Source: the human T2T-CHM13v2.0 reference genome, Homo sapiens
Length of the DNA stretch: 64,000 bases
Reading direction: 5' to 3' (one strand)
NCBI RefSeq assembly: GCF_009914755.1
Contig: NC_060933.1
A model generated the notes under the pieces. The model saw nothing but the letters and a program-made list of their open reading frames with translations, was not told the origin of the DNA and did not search any database. Positions within the stretch are counted from its first letter, which is position 1. The number at the start of each line of letters is the position of its first letter. A program made the position numbers and the translations under genes. Positions 21,242 to 39,344 of the stretch are shown piece by piece.

Positions 21242-21272
21242 TGGTCCTGGTCCTGGTCCTGGTCCTGGTCCT
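21242..21272. repeat. (TGGTCC)5 hexamer repeat
   Basis: tggtcctggtcctggtcctggtcctggtcct. Confidence 0.93.
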
Positions 21273-23117
21273 ATGCGCCATTAGCACCCATCAGTGCTGT
21301 GGGCAGTTTGTTTCTCCTCCAACATCTGTCCCCTCCAGGAAGCAGGGGCTGCCTAGGAGGTAGAGGCCCATCTCTCACCTCAAGTCCCAAGGCCTGTCTC
21401 GCACATGGCCACCTGGCAGTGGGTGCCCAGGGAGGGCTGTGGGACGAGGGAGGCATGAACAGCTTCCACGTCAGTGTTTCTCAGGTTTCTTTGAAAGGAG
21501 AGAGGAAAACAGGTGCGTTCCTGCCCCAGTCACCTGGGGATGGCAGACATTGATCAGATTGCTCCCCAGTGAACACATCAGCCCGCTCCAGGATGACAAG
21601 GAAGGGGAGGAAAGGGAGAGCGTGTGCCTGGGGTCGGGGAGGACAGGAGCTGGTGCTGCAGATGGGACCCAAGAGTGGGAAGGCTGGGGTTGAGGACTAG
21701 GGGACGGCCAACGTGGCTGGGTGGAGGGCAGGCGGGTGGGCGTGGAGAGGTTGGCAGAGTGTCAGGGCCTGGGCGGGTTTAGCCTCACCCAGCAGTCAAG
21801 AGGAAGCTGTGGAAGGATTTGGTCAGGGTAGTAACAGAGTCAGATTTTTAAAACACCCCCAAACCCCTGACAGCCAAGTGGGGCAGATAGGAGGAGAGAG
21901 GAAGTCGAATGTCAGGAATCGAGGCGGGAGGCGGCAGCTTGGACCAGAGGGCTGGGGTGTGGGGCGCGTGGGTCTGAACGCGACTGAGGATGGAAACGCA
22001 GCTCTGTGTGTGAACCATGGGCCGTGGGAGTGGGGAGCGGGGATGACACTGGACTCTGGGCCTCCACAGTTCAGAGGCGCTTGGGTGGCATTAGAGAGAT
22101 GGAGAAGGGGGCGGCATGAGGCTCAAATGCCTGCTTTGGGTGTGTGAGCTCCAGAGAAGGCCAAGGCTCGTCACTGAGAGCCCCTGTGGCCATGAGGATC
22201 CCCCTGCTCCAACCTGCCCCCTTATGTGAGTCGGTGGGAGGAGCTCCCCGGGGAAGGCGGCCATGAGCTCCAGTGCCTCCTGTCAGGGGGCTTCGGGCCA
22301 GAGGACATCTGGGTTCCAGCTGCCAGAGCCAGACCACCCTCAGACCACAGCTGGCTGGGGCAGGCTGCTCATGGCAGGGGACAGGTGGCCCCAACAGCCT
22401 GTGTTCACAGTGGAGCCCGTGGAGTCTCACTCTCCTTTCCTGGGTCAGTGGGCTTCACAGGGCTGGTGTTTACAGCACCCCCTCCAAGGCAGGGGCAGTC
22501 CCTTGTGACTTCCCTGGTGACCACTGTCCCCAGGATTGCCTGGCGCCTGCCTCACCCCAAGAAACCCTGGGGTGCTGCCTGCCTAAACTGGGCCTTGCGT
22601 GGAAGCCGTGCTACGTGCCCTACCACACAGTGTGTCCGCTATCAGCTAAAGCACCTGGAGCCGCAACAGCGGTTGGTGATTCGTCAACATCCACAGAGGG
22701 CAGAGCGTGGAACGTGGCTTAAGGGAGCCACTGAGTGGCCACAGAGGAGTGTCCAGGAGCTCAGGGTCCACGTGGAGTCGATGAGGACGGGCTTCAGCTC
22801 CAGCTCAGCCACTTAGCATCTGTGAGTTCCAAGGCCTGAGCCTGATGCCTCATGTGTGGAATGGGGACGCTAATGTCCCTCCCACCTCTGGTGAGGCTCT
22901 AGGGAGAAGCTATTGCCTTGGCCAGGGGCAGAAGCCATGACCTCTGAGCAGCTCAGGACAGGGACAGTGGTCGGGACAGGGACAATCACTCACAGGGTCA
23001 GGCTCTGCCGAGCATGCCGCGGGCTCCCAGGGCACCCCTGTTCCTGCCTGATTCCACCTGTCTCTTGATCCTGTGTGTGGAATGGGGCCACAGGCCGGGG
23101 CTGCTCTCAAAGACCCC

Positions 23118-23853
<736 letters not shown>

Positions 23854-24388
23854 CGAAGTGGACTCATGGGGGATTTGGAGTGACTCAGGAGCTGTCCCTG
23901 TTTGGGGTACCTTCTTTCCTGCCCTTTCGGACACAGTTGAGGGATAGCTGCTGGAGGCGGTTCCCTTTGCCTTCCACACCTATTGCTGGTGTGACTGCTG
24001 GCCCACTCTCCACTTGGGAGACTAAGGTGACTTCTTCCTGGGTCCCTCTCAGCCCCCAGGTGGGGCTCCTCCCAGGCAGAAGCTTTCTGTGCCAGGCACT
24101 TGCTAGCTGGTGGCTTTGGGCAGCTTCTCTGTGCCTCTCAGTTCACCCATCCATTCTATGGGGGTGGTAACAGGCTGGTGAAGATGGAATGGGTTTGTTC
24201 CAGAGCTCACCAGTACAGTCAGTTCTCTGTTACTGCTGCCCCCAGGGCACATAGTAGGTGTTCAGTGAGGGCCAAGATTGAGGGTGGAGTCTGGCTCACA
24301 CCTGCAAACAGGGGCTACCTGGTAACTAACTCCTTGTCTGCCCTGCCGGCACCTGCGGGTCCCCTTCCTCCTCTGTGTCTTTTCCCAG

Positions 24389-24555
24389 GTGCAAGTGCAA
24401 CGGGCATGCCAGCGAGTGCGGCCCCGACGTGGCGGGCCAGTTGGCCTGCCGGTGCCAGCACAACACCACCGGCACAGACTGTGAGCGCTGCCTGCCCTTC
24501 TTCCAGGACCGCCCGTGGGCCCGGGGCACCGCCGAGGCTGCTCACGAGTGTCTGC
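24389..24555 (+). CDS. LAMC3: LAMC3 exon 4 (167 nt), first LE module
   Basis: tcccag|GTGCAAG ... CTGC|gtgagt; [43 protein letters not shown]. Confidence 0.97.
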
Positions 24556-27087
24556 GTGAGTGTCTGAGTGTCACAGGGCATCAGGGACCCGAGGCTGGTG
24601 TTGCAGGCGGGGAAAGGAACTCCCCAAAACGTCGTGGTGGGGGCTGCTCCTGGGTATGCCCCGGGGGCAGCTCGGGGTCTCTGTGCTGCTGCAGAGATAA
24701 GGACGAGCAGAAGGGGAGCCTGGGGAGGGGGTGCATTTAAGCCTCAGTCTCTCCTCCACTAAGTAGCTTCCCTGGACCAACTCTACCCATGCAGAGGCGC
24801 CTGTGGTGGGAGGGCCGGAAGGTCCCCGACTTGCTTCTTTGTGTTAACCGCTCCCACCCCAGCTGCTAATCGGAACCAGGCTACCCAACAAGCAAGGGGG
24901 TGCTGATGGCCCACCCAGCCTCTCCCACGGGCCCCCAGGCAGCCCTTTGGTGTCCCAGCCCCCATGTGATGTGGCTTTGACCACCTAACCTCAGAGAAGC
25001 GCTGGAGAGAGGATGATGCCATCATGTCTTCTCCAGGGACACAGGCCAAGAGCAGGGACCCACTGACTTCCCTTCTGGCTGGGGCACTGGCTGCAAGCCC
25101 CACCCTGTCCCCAGACAGCCTGGTTTCCTCCAGGCTCTCCATGCACAGCCGCCGTTGCTGGGGGCCAGATCCCAGCTGGTGCTGGTGCTGCTGGCAGGAG
25201 ACACATCTTCACTCACAGGCTCGCTGGGCGGGCAGCTTGGCCTCTGGGCCCCGCTGTCCTCTTGGGCCTGGGCCACTGGCGACCAGAACTGGGGCTGGGC
25301 CGGGGGCGGCTTGTTCTGAGGGTGGGGCACTGTCTGCAGGAGCTGCCCTCGCTGGCCTGCCTCCACCAGAGAGTCCTGGGGCCAAGGAAGCTGTGCTGGC
25401 TGGCTTCCACTGTCCCAGCCTGCTGCTGTCTCCATGGTGGGGACACAGAGGCCAGACTGCTTCTACCATGTCCTCAGCTCCATGGTCACGTCTGTCTCTC
25501 AGTCAGCAGCCTGGGAGCCAGGGTTTCAGGCTTGACCCTTCATCCCCACCCTCACCCGCAGCTGAGACAGCCCCGAGCCCTGAATTCCGCCTCATCCACC
25601 TCGCTCCAGTCTGTCTAACTTCTGTCCATTGCAGCCGATGCCTTGGGCCTGGCCCTGCCTCCTCTCCCTGCACACCCGAAGCTTCCTCTTCCCTGCTCTC
25701 CCTGTTCCCAGCCCTCCCCTAACTGCAGCTAAGGCTCTTTTCTTGAAACACGGCCTCACTCTGTCACCCAGGCTGGAGTGCAGTGGCCCAATCATAGCTC
25801 ACTGCAGCCTCGAATTCCTGGGTGCGTGTTCCTCCTACCTCAGCCACTAAGAGTAGCTGAGACTACAGGCACATACATCACCATGCCAAGCAATGTTTTA
25901 TAGAGCTCGGCTCTCACTGTTGCCCAGGCTGGTCTTTACACTCCTAGGCTCAAGCAGTCCTCCTACCTTACCTTCCAAAGTGCTGGGATCACAGGCGTGA
26001 GCCATGGCACTGGGCCAAGACTTTCTAAAGGACAAATTTAGTAACATCTATTCCCTGCTTAAACCTTCCCACGGCTCCCCCTTTGCTCCCAGCTAACGTC
26101 CACTGACCACGGCAGCCCAGCCTCCCTGGAGCAAGCTCTGCTAGCCTCTGACTTCACAACTGCCCCTGCACTGCAGGCCCCCCACTGCACAAAGTCCTTC
26201 CTTCCCTGCCATCACACGACATGCCGTCTGCAGCCAGCCTCATGGCACACCCGCACCAGGCCACGCGTCTATCTCTGCATGTGGGGTATCCCCTGGGCTT
26301 TCGCCTCCTGTCTGCGACGCCCTTCCCGCCCCCTCTTCCTCTGCCTGGCCTATTCCTCACTGCTCAGCCTTCAGATTCAGCGCGGCCATGACTTCCTCTT
26401 GGAAGCCTTGTCCCACCACCCCAGCACAGCTGCAGGGGCCCCTTCTTTCGGCTCCCAAAGCCCCCAGCCTCTCCTGTCTCAGCCCTGCACCTGCAGGGGG
26501 TTTGCTTGCTTGCCGTCTGGGCTGTGGGCAGCACGAGGGCGGCAGGTGTAAATGGGTCCGCACCTTTCATGGATCCACCCCTGAGCTCACTCTGGGAGCC
26601 AAGACAGAGCCAGTCCTGCACACAGACTTTTAAAAATGATTTAATGGGGGAAATGAAAGGTGACTTGTGCTTTCTGTACCCCTGAGTGACCTCACACAAT
26701 AGTGAGAGTCACACTATTATGGCTTGGAGGACCTCCAGGAGATTTTGGAGAGAGCCAAGCTGCCACTCCAGAAGGCAGCCAGCCTCTGATCGGTGCCCAT
26801 CTATCTGGGTGTATATCCTTGTTGCCTGGGATGGTCTTCTTTCTGCCTGTTGTTTTGGTGTATTTACTAACAGTGTCCCCTTTGCTCTTAAGAGTGTCCT
26901 GTTTTGGAAAATCAATTGATCAATGTCTAGCCTTGATCAAGCTGGGCCTGAACTCCATTCTGGACCATGCTCTTGCCCTTCTCTTTGCACTGCCTGCTCA
27001 TTTAGCACAGGGAGGCTGACTGACACAGATGCAGCCTCCTACCACATCACAGGGGACTCACACACCTTTCCCCACTCCTGCCCATAG

Positions 27088-27276
27088 CCTGCAACTGCAG
27101 TGGCCGCTCCGAGGAATGCACGTTTGATCGGGAGCTCTTCCGCAGCACAGGCCACGGCGGGCGCTGTCACCACTGCCGTGACCACACAGCTGGGCCACAC
27201 TGTGAGCGCTGTCAGGAGAATTTCTATCACTGGGACCCGCGGATGCCATGCCAGCCCTGTGACTGCCAGTCGGCAG
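27088..27276 (+). CDS. LAMC3: LAMC3 exon 5 (189 nt), LE module
   Basis: ccatag|CCTGCAAC ... GCAG|gtgagt; CNCSGRSEECTFDRELFRSTGHGGRCHHCRDHTAGPHCERC. Confidence 0.97.
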
Positions 27277-27354
27277 GTGAGTGGACTCCACATCCCCAGC
27301 CTCCGACCCTCTCCCTTTCCTGGCCTCAATTGCCCTGTGCCCTTCCTCTCCCAG

Positions 27355-27472
27355 GCTCCCTACACCTCCAGTGCGATGACACAGGCACCTGCGCCTGCAA
27401 GCCCACGGTGACTGGCTGGAAGTGTGACCGCTGTCTGCCCGGGTTCCACTCGCTCAGTGAGGGAGGCTGCAG
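27355..27472 (+). CDS. LAMC3: LAMC3 exon 6 (118 nt), LE module
   Basis: Follows a 78-nt intron; tcccag|GCTCC ... TGCAG|gtgagg; SLHLQCDDTGTCACKPTVTGWKCDRCLPGFHSLSEGGC. Confidence 0.97.
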
Positions 27473-28170
27473 GTGAGGGCGAGGGGCGGCCCAGTATGGA
27501 CACATTGCACTGAATGACAAGAAGCAGGAGGAACAGGCTGTCAGCAGTCCCTCCCCTCCCCATCCCTTCCTGTCTGCAGCTACCTCGCCCTAATCCTGGT
27601 GAAGACTAGAGACACTCAGCTCCTGGAGAGGCCAAGAGACAAAAACAGACCTTAATGAGACCAGGCTGAGCCCTGTGGAAGCTCAGCGGATCTTGCGGGT
27701 GGAGGGCAGGCTTCCTGTAGGAGGTGCTGCATAAGTGCAGGGAGAGGGGAAGGACAGGTGTTTGAGGTGGGGTGGGGGGCACGGGAGGCCTCTGGAGGAG
27801 CCGTGGATCAGTGAGAAGCAGGAGTGGGTGAGGGGGAGGCTGCGTGGAGGCTACAGCAGGAACGCCTGGGCAGCCTGCATGGGGGTTTGACTGTGGAGAG
27901 GGAGAGCAGGGCAGATTCCAGAGCCCAGTGCAAGGAGGAGCTAATAGGACATGGTGACCAGGGGGTGGAAGAGGAAGAAGAGGTGGAGGCTGACCTTCGG
28001 GGTTCTCTGGGCCTCTGGATAGCAGGGCACGCAGTGTGGGGAGCGGGGTGGGAGAGGCTGAGTGTCATCTGGGTGCACCGAGTTTGGTACCTAGTGGGAC
28101 AGCTGAGGGGAGAGAGGGACAGGGGCTCCTGGGGTCTGGACCTTACCCCAACACATTTGCCATCACTTGA

Positions 28171-28365
<195 letters not shown>

Positions 28366-29167
28366 TAGCTGGGATTACAAGCATGCACCACCATGCCCAC
28401 TATCTCTATTTTTTTTTTTAAGATGGAGTCCTCCTCTGTCACCCAGGCTGAAGTGCAGTGGCGCGATCTCTACTCACTACAACCTCCGCCTCCCAGACTC
28501 AAGTGATCCTCTCATCTCAGCCTCCTGAGTAGCTGAGATTACAAATGTGCACCACCACACCCGGCTAATTTTTGTATTTTTTGGTAGAGATGGGGTTTTG
28601 CCATGTTGCCCAAGCTGGTCTCAAGCTCCTGGGCTCAAGTAATCCACCCTCCTCGGCTTCCCAAAGTGCTGATTACAGACGTGAGTCACCGCGCCTGGCC
28701 CAGAAGCACTTTTAAGTGAACTTGCTTTGGTTGATAACGGGCATCTTTGTATATTTGAGAGGCAGCAGAAACACATTGGGGATATCTAGGAGAGCTCTGA
28801 TTCCTTGTAAAATATTTGGTGGTTCTGGGCATAAAACTGACCATGAGATGGGGCCTGGCTGCTTCCCTGGGGTCCCTCTGTCCTCTGGACCTTTGCAGGT
28901 GCCACACCTCCCACCCCTGCCCCCTCTCCCCAGCCTGTGGCTCACAGCCTCCTGCTCATTCTTCAGGTCTCAGCTGAGCAGCCCCGCTCTCGGGACACCT
29001 TCCCTCCCACCTGCCCCTCGCCTGCACACCCAGGCTGAGTCAGAGGCCCCACAGTGCAGGCACAGCCTCTCGTACATCTCCCACAACACGTATCGCGGTA
29101 CAGGGTCTGCGTGATCTGTCTGTCTACACCAGACTGGGATTCACCAGGGAGGAACCATGTCTTATTA

Positions 29168-29700
29168 GATGAGTGGATGGATGGAGGGAGGGATGGAAAG
29201 ATGCATGGATGGGTGAATGAATGGGTGGATAGGTGGCTGCTGGACAGAAAGAAGGAAGGATGAATAAGTGGATGGAGGAGTGAGGGGATAGACAGAAAGA
29301 TTCATGGAGGCCGAGCACGGTGGCTCATGTATGTAATCCTGGCACTTTGGGAGGCCAAGGCAGGTGGATCACCTGAGGTCACGAGTTAAAGACCAGTCTA
29401 GCCAACATGGTGAAACCCTGTCTCTACTAAAAATACAAAAATTAGCTGGACATGGTGATGCATGCCTGTAGTCCTAACTACTCAGGAGGCTGAGACAGGA
29501 GAATCACTTGAACCCAGGAGGCAGAGGTTGCAGTGAGCCAAGATCATGACACTGCGCTCCAGCCTGGGTGGCAAAGTGTGACTCTGTCCCAAAAAAAAAG
29601 ATTCATGGATGATGAGTGAGTGCGTGGATGACAGATGGAAGGATCCTGGATGGATGTGTGGTGGGTGGGAAGATGGACCACTGTACCAGTGATGGATGGG
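29168..29700. repeat. Degenerate (TGGA)n tract split by a + strand Alu (about 29308-29599)
   Basis: gatggatgga-type units on both sides of the Alu; TSD-like aaagattcatgga. Confidence 0.85.
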
Positions 29701-29860
29701 TCACTTCCTTGGCAAGATGGGAACAGTAAAGCCAGGTCAGTTACCTGCGTCAGCCTCACTCCTGATGTTGGCAGCAGGGAAAGCTCCCTTCCTAGGATGG
29801 GCTGTTGCCATTCTGAATTTGCTCATTGCACATTTTCCTCTTGTCCTGTCTCATTGGCAG

Positions 29861-29959
29861 ACCCTGCACTTGCAATCCCGCTGGCAGCCTGGACACCTGT
29901 GACCCCCGCAGTGGGCGCTGCCCCTGCAAAGAGAATGTGGAAGGCAACCTATGTGACAG
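29861..29959 (+). CDS. LAMC3: LAMC3 exon 7 (99 nt), LE module
   Basis: tggcag|ACCCTGC ... GACAG|gtttgt; PCTCNPAGSLDTCDPRSGRCPCKENVEGNLCD. Confidence 0.96.
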
Positions 29960-30307
29960 GTTTGTGAGCTAATCCAGCAGTAAGCTTGCTGGAAGTGACC
30001 TGGGGGCTCACTGATGAGGCACCAAAGCTGTGGAGTGCGGGGAGGAGCAAGGGGCACGGTCTTCATGGACTTGGGTGACCTTGTCACCCTGTGCCCTTCC
30101 TGGGGCACCATGTATCTGTCATACAGGAAGTTACTCAAAAGCTTTATGGCACTGTTTGTGCTTTGATTCAACACCACTGATCATTCATAAGCTGAGAAAA
30201 TACATGTCTTAGCTTAGAATCCTGAAAAGAAAGAACTGGAATGATAGGAGAGACCATCTAATCCAGGGATAGTAAATAGATGGTGCTCGTACTACCACCT
30301 GCTGTGG

Positions 30308-31262
30308 CAGACATCGCTAATGGAGCACTATCACAGGCCTCCCGTTTCACACTCACTGCAGACATAGCTAATGGAGCACTATCACAGGCCTCCCGTTTCA
30401 CACCCACAGCAGACATCACTCATGGAGTATTATCAACGCTCCCCTTTCACACCCATGACAGACACCACTAACGGAGCACTATCACAACCCTTTCACACCC
30501 ACGGCAGACCTATCACAGCCCTCCCTTTTCACACTCAATAGACATTACTCATGCAGCACTGTCAATACACCCCTTTCACACCCACAGCAGACATCACTAA
30601 TGGTATACCCATGGTACACATCACTAAGGGAGCACTATCACAGTCTTCCCCTTTCTTACCCACAGCAGATATCACTAATGGAGCACTATCACAACCCTCC
30701 CTTTTCACACTCACGGCCAACATCACTCATGGAGCATTGTCAATGCACCCCTTTCACACCCACAGCAGACATCACTAATGGTATAACCATGGCAAACATC
30801 ACTAAGGGAGAACTATCACAGCCTCCCCCTTTCATACCCACAGCAGGCATCACTAATGGAGCACTATCAACCCTTGCCTTTCACAGCCATGGCAGACATC
30901 ACTAATGGTGCCATATCAAACTTTCCCTTTCATAGCCATGGCAGGCATCACTAATGAAGCACTACTACAACCCTTCTTTTTCACACCCATAGCAGACATC
31001 ATTCATGGAGCACTGTCAACACACCCCTTTCACACCCACAACAGACATCACTAATGGCATACCCATGGCAGACATCACTAAGGGAGCACTATCACAACCC
31101 TCCCCTTTCATACCCACAGCAGACATCACTAATGGAGCACCATCAACTCTCCCCTTTCACACCATGGCAGACATCACTGATGGCATACCCATGGCAGACA
31201 TCACTAAGGCAACACTATCACAACCCTCCCCTTTCACACCCACAACAGACATCACTAATGGG
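30308..31262. repeat. Minisatellite, about 22 units of 49-51 bp and 27 bp
   Basis: Consensus CAGACATCACTAATGGAGCACTATCACAACCCTCCCCTTTCACACCCACAG, interleaved with CAGACATCACTAATGGTATACCCATGG. Confidence 0.96.
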
Positions 31263-31559
31263 GCACAGCAGTCTTGGCCATGAGCCCTACTATAACCTCA
31301 GGATCCTTCTTAACACCCTGCTTCAGGAAGCCCCTACCCACTGAGCTGGATTTTGAGCCTGTTTGCCATCTTTGCAGTCTGATCATGGTACAAATGGGGC
31401 ATCTGAAGCTCTGCAAGTCAAAGGGGCTCTCCCAAGGCCAGGAAGTACATAAACTTCCTCTTTCAAGTGTTCAAGAGGCCTCCAAGCTCCAGCAGTGCGG
31501 CCAGCAGACAAACATGGGTTTAGCTCCTTGGGTACACACTATCTCTTCTTCCTGGCTTT

Positions 31560-33640
<2,081 letters not shown>

Positions 33641-33747
33641 TTCTGCAGTGATTCTAGACTCTCATTGGTCCAGCTGGGATACCCTGGCCCCGCCCCTTCC
33701 TGGCTGATTCACGTGGCCCTCGTGGGCATGTCCTGCCTCCATTTCAG

Positions 33748-33884
33748 ATGTCGCCCGGGGACCTTTAACCTGCAGCCCCACAATCCAGCTGGCTGCAGCA
33801 GCTGTTTCTGCTATGGCCACTCCAAGGTGTGCGCGTCCACTGCCCAGTTCCAGGTGCATCACATCCTCAGCGATTTCCACCAGG
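33748..33884 (+). CDS. LAMC3: LAMC3 exon 8 (137 nt), LE end and start of L4 domain
   Basis: tttcag|ATGTCGC ... CAGG|gtaaga; CRPGTFNLQPHNPAGCSSCFCYGHSKVCASTAQFQVHHILSDFHQ. Confidence 0.96.
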
Positions 33885-34404
33885 GTAAGAGATGCTCCCT
33901 GCAAACGCCTCCCAAGGGTCTGCTCCCAGCCTAGGCAGGTGATCCTGCCCTGGGGAGATCTTGCATTAGTGGATCTCCCATTGTGGAGAGGAGCCACAGG
34001 CCTGCACAGCCTAGGTGGGGTCGGGGGTGAGATGATGGCTCCCCAGTGCCCACCTGCGACCCCCAGCTCCCTCCCCAGTCCCTGACTCTTCTCTTTATAC
34101 CCGTGGTGGGGTTGGGGGCCGGGTACGTGACGCTTTTTGGATCCTGTAGGGGAATTTCCCACTCACCCCGTTGAGACTGGCCTCCCTTGGTGTGTCTAAA
34201 CACTGGGGATTCAGGCTCAGTCTCCTGGCCTCCACTTATTGAGCACCTGCTGTTTGCCAGGCACTGTGCTGAGCACCTAACATGCAAGGATTCTCATTCC
34301 CCTTTCAATGATGAAGTAACTGAGACCTACAAAAGGTAGGCCACTTGCCTGAGGCCACATAACAGTTGTGAGCACTGCATTTGTCAGCTCCTGAGTTTTG
34401 CTCC

Positions 34405-36593
<2,189 letters not shown>

Positions 36594-37243
36594 TAAATGC
36601 CTGTCTGCAAACTTCTCTTCATGTTGACATCTTCCTTTCTCTGACCTCTTTCCCCACTCCGTTCCTTCCTTCTTACCCCTTGGCTGCCCCAGGTATTTGG
36701 CCTCTGCCTCATTGCCCGCTACCCCCTGGAGAGGCACCTCCTTAAGGTCACTCGCTGTGTGCTGGGCTGTGCTCCGTGTTAACTGCTGTGGCCAGAGGGA
36801 GGAGGCACTGAACTGGCACTGGGGACCAGAAGGCCTGGGCTCCCGTCGTGGCTGGGCCCCTTCCTAACCAGGTGGCCTCCTTGCCTGAGGTGCTGTTAAT
36901 GACATGGGCCACTGGAAGGACAGGGTTCATGAGGTCACAGGTGAGAAAGTTCTCTGAGAACCTGAAGATGAGGTCAAGTCTGGTACTATTAGAGATGGCC
37001 CTGATGTCCCAGGGCCCCCATGTGGGGGTCTTCAGGCTGTCTTCATGCTGAGCTCAAAACCCCACTGAAAGGGCAGGGCAGGCTTCCAGGTCTGACCATG
37101 CCCCCAAGCAGATCCGGGTCCCTGAGCTTTCTAGCTTCTCCTGGGGCTCCCTCCTACCCCAGGGCCCCCACCTGGGGCTGGCACCTGGAGACCACCCTCC
37201 GGGGCCTCACACTGATCGGGGGGTGTCTGTGTTTGCTGTCTAG

Positions 37244-37354
37244 GAGCCGAAGGCTGGTGGGCCAGAAGTGTGGGGGGCTCTGAGCACCCCCCACAATGGA
37301 GCCCAAATGGGGTCCTCCTGAGCCCAGAAGACGAGGAGGAGCTCACAGCACCAG
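37244..37354 (+). CDS. LAMC3: LAMC3 exon 9 (111 nt), L4 domain
   Basis: gtctag|GAGCC ... CCAG|gtacct; AEGWWARSVGGSEHPPQWSPNGVLLSPEDEEELTAP; phase 1/1 fits both neighbours. Confidence 0.93.
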
Positions 37355-37387
37355 GTACCTCCAGCACCAGGTGGGGGCTGGCCGCCC

Positions 37388-37866
37388 TGTGTCGGTTCCT
37401 CCTGCTGCTAAACAACTTGCCGCATATTAGAGGCTGAAAACAATGCCAGTTTATTCTCTTAGAGTTCTGGAGAAGTCAGAAATAGGTCTCTCGGAGCTAA
37501 CATCAAGGTGTCAGCAGGGCTGAGTTCCTTCTGGAGGCCCATGGGAAAGTCCCTTCCTTGCCTTTCCCAGCCTCTAGAAGCCGCCTGCATTCCTGGGCTC
37601 ATGGCCTCTTCCTCCATCTTCAAAGCAGCTGAGTTTTTCTCACGCCCCATCACTGGCACCAACTCCCCTGCCTCCCTCTTGTGTATTTGCCATTAATCTC
37701 TAATGATTGATGGGGCCCAGCTGGATAACCCAAGAGGCTCTTCCTACCTCAGGTCAGCTGATTAACAACCTTAATGTCCCCTGCCACAGAACACACCATA
37801 TTTATGGATTCCAGGGATTAGAATGTGGATGCCTTGGGAAGGCTGTTATTCTGCCATCAGACCACC
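37388..37866. mobile_element. MLT1C/D-type MaLR LTR starting about 34 nt after exon 9
   Basis: atcaaggtgtcagcagggctgagttccttctggaggc...tgcctttcccagcctctagaagccgcctgcattcc. Confidence 0.82.
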
Positions 37867-38885
37867 GTATCTGATGAAACCCCCGTTTTTCTGGTCATAG
37901 CTTTGTCATGGAGGGCTTCTTCAGTGCCACAGGGCCATAGCCACTGTCATGGCCCAGAGAATCTGTGTTTCCCATCAGCCCCTCACCCGCCAGGCCACTG
38001 CACCCTAAGCCCAGGGCCATGGCATTCTTGCAAAAGGAAGGAGGTTCTTGATCATTCTGACCTCTCCACCCCACAGTGAGGGGAACTGTGGTCTCCTGGC
38101 GACTGTCTCAGCCCCAGAACCCAGAGCCTAGAGCCCATCTTTAGCCCCACTGTGGCTGATTCAGGACCTGCCAGCACCCCCGACCAGCTCTGCCCTTTCC
38201 CTCCCTCCCTCTGCCAGAGAGGCCGGGGAGATGATGTCACAGGTGGCTGAGGAGCCGTGTGCCCTGCAGCCAGGAAGTCAAAGGCGTCGGGCCCCTCGTG
38301 GGGCAGGCGCTCCAAGCTCAGAGGCCCATGAGCAAAAAACTCACTCTGTTCCATGGCCACTCTGCTGGCATATGTAAGAAAAGGGGCTTATTCCTGAAAG
38401 AAGCGCTTGCTGGGTGTTGGGCACACTGCAGGGGTGAGATGGATGGACGGCCTGTCCTCATGGTGCTCTCAGGCCGGCCCGCTCCCGGGGCACCCTGAGC
38501 AGCTGGAGGTGAGGGCATGGCAGGGGAGCCAGGCTTCTGCCTGTTGCTTACGGTGGGGACACAGAAACAAACGTCTGGGCTGGCTGGTGACAGCATCAGA
38601 GGGAATGAACACATCGACCCTCTGGCCAGCATGTCCACCTTCTGTATTCTGCCTACGAGCACTCAGTGGGGCAAAGAGCAGGAGCTGAGGGAAGATAAGT
38701 ATTTAGGCCGAGCGCAATGGCTCACACCTGTAATCCCAGCACTTTGGGAGGCTGAGGTTGGGGGGGATCTTCTGAGGTCAGGAGTTCAAGACCAGCCTGA
38801 CCAATATGGTGAAACCTCGTCTCTACTAAAAGTACAAAAAAGTTAGCCAGACGTGGTGGTGCATGTCTGTCATCCCAGCTACTCA

Positions 38886-39020
<135 letters not shown>

Positions 39021-39344
39021 TTAATGGTGCAAGCTTGGGGCAGTCCCAGGAGGGGCTGGGTAGCCTGTTGGTGGACTGTGATGCGGCCGGTTGTGGAACA
39101 GTGTGTGAAACCATCTCACGTGTAGAACGTGAGTAGCAAAGGATGGGAGGGGAGCATTGCGCTCGTGCTGGTGATTGATTCTGGAGGCCGAATCGGAGTG
39201 CAGCCGGGGCATGTGGCCACCAGCTCCCGGGGCTCCCCGCTTCAGGCCGCTTCTGCACAGGTAAGAAATTCCCCCAGCCAGGAAACGCTCTGGGGCAGAG
39301 GGACACAGGGACTTTCAGTGTTTCGGGAGCTGTCCACCAAAGCT

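Noticed and set aside
30308-31262. CRISPR-like array or mucin-like repetitive ORFs
   Set aside because: The 'spacers' are homologous to each other, the context is a eukaryotic intron, and frames are broken by 49/50-bp units with no splice sites. It is a minisatellite.
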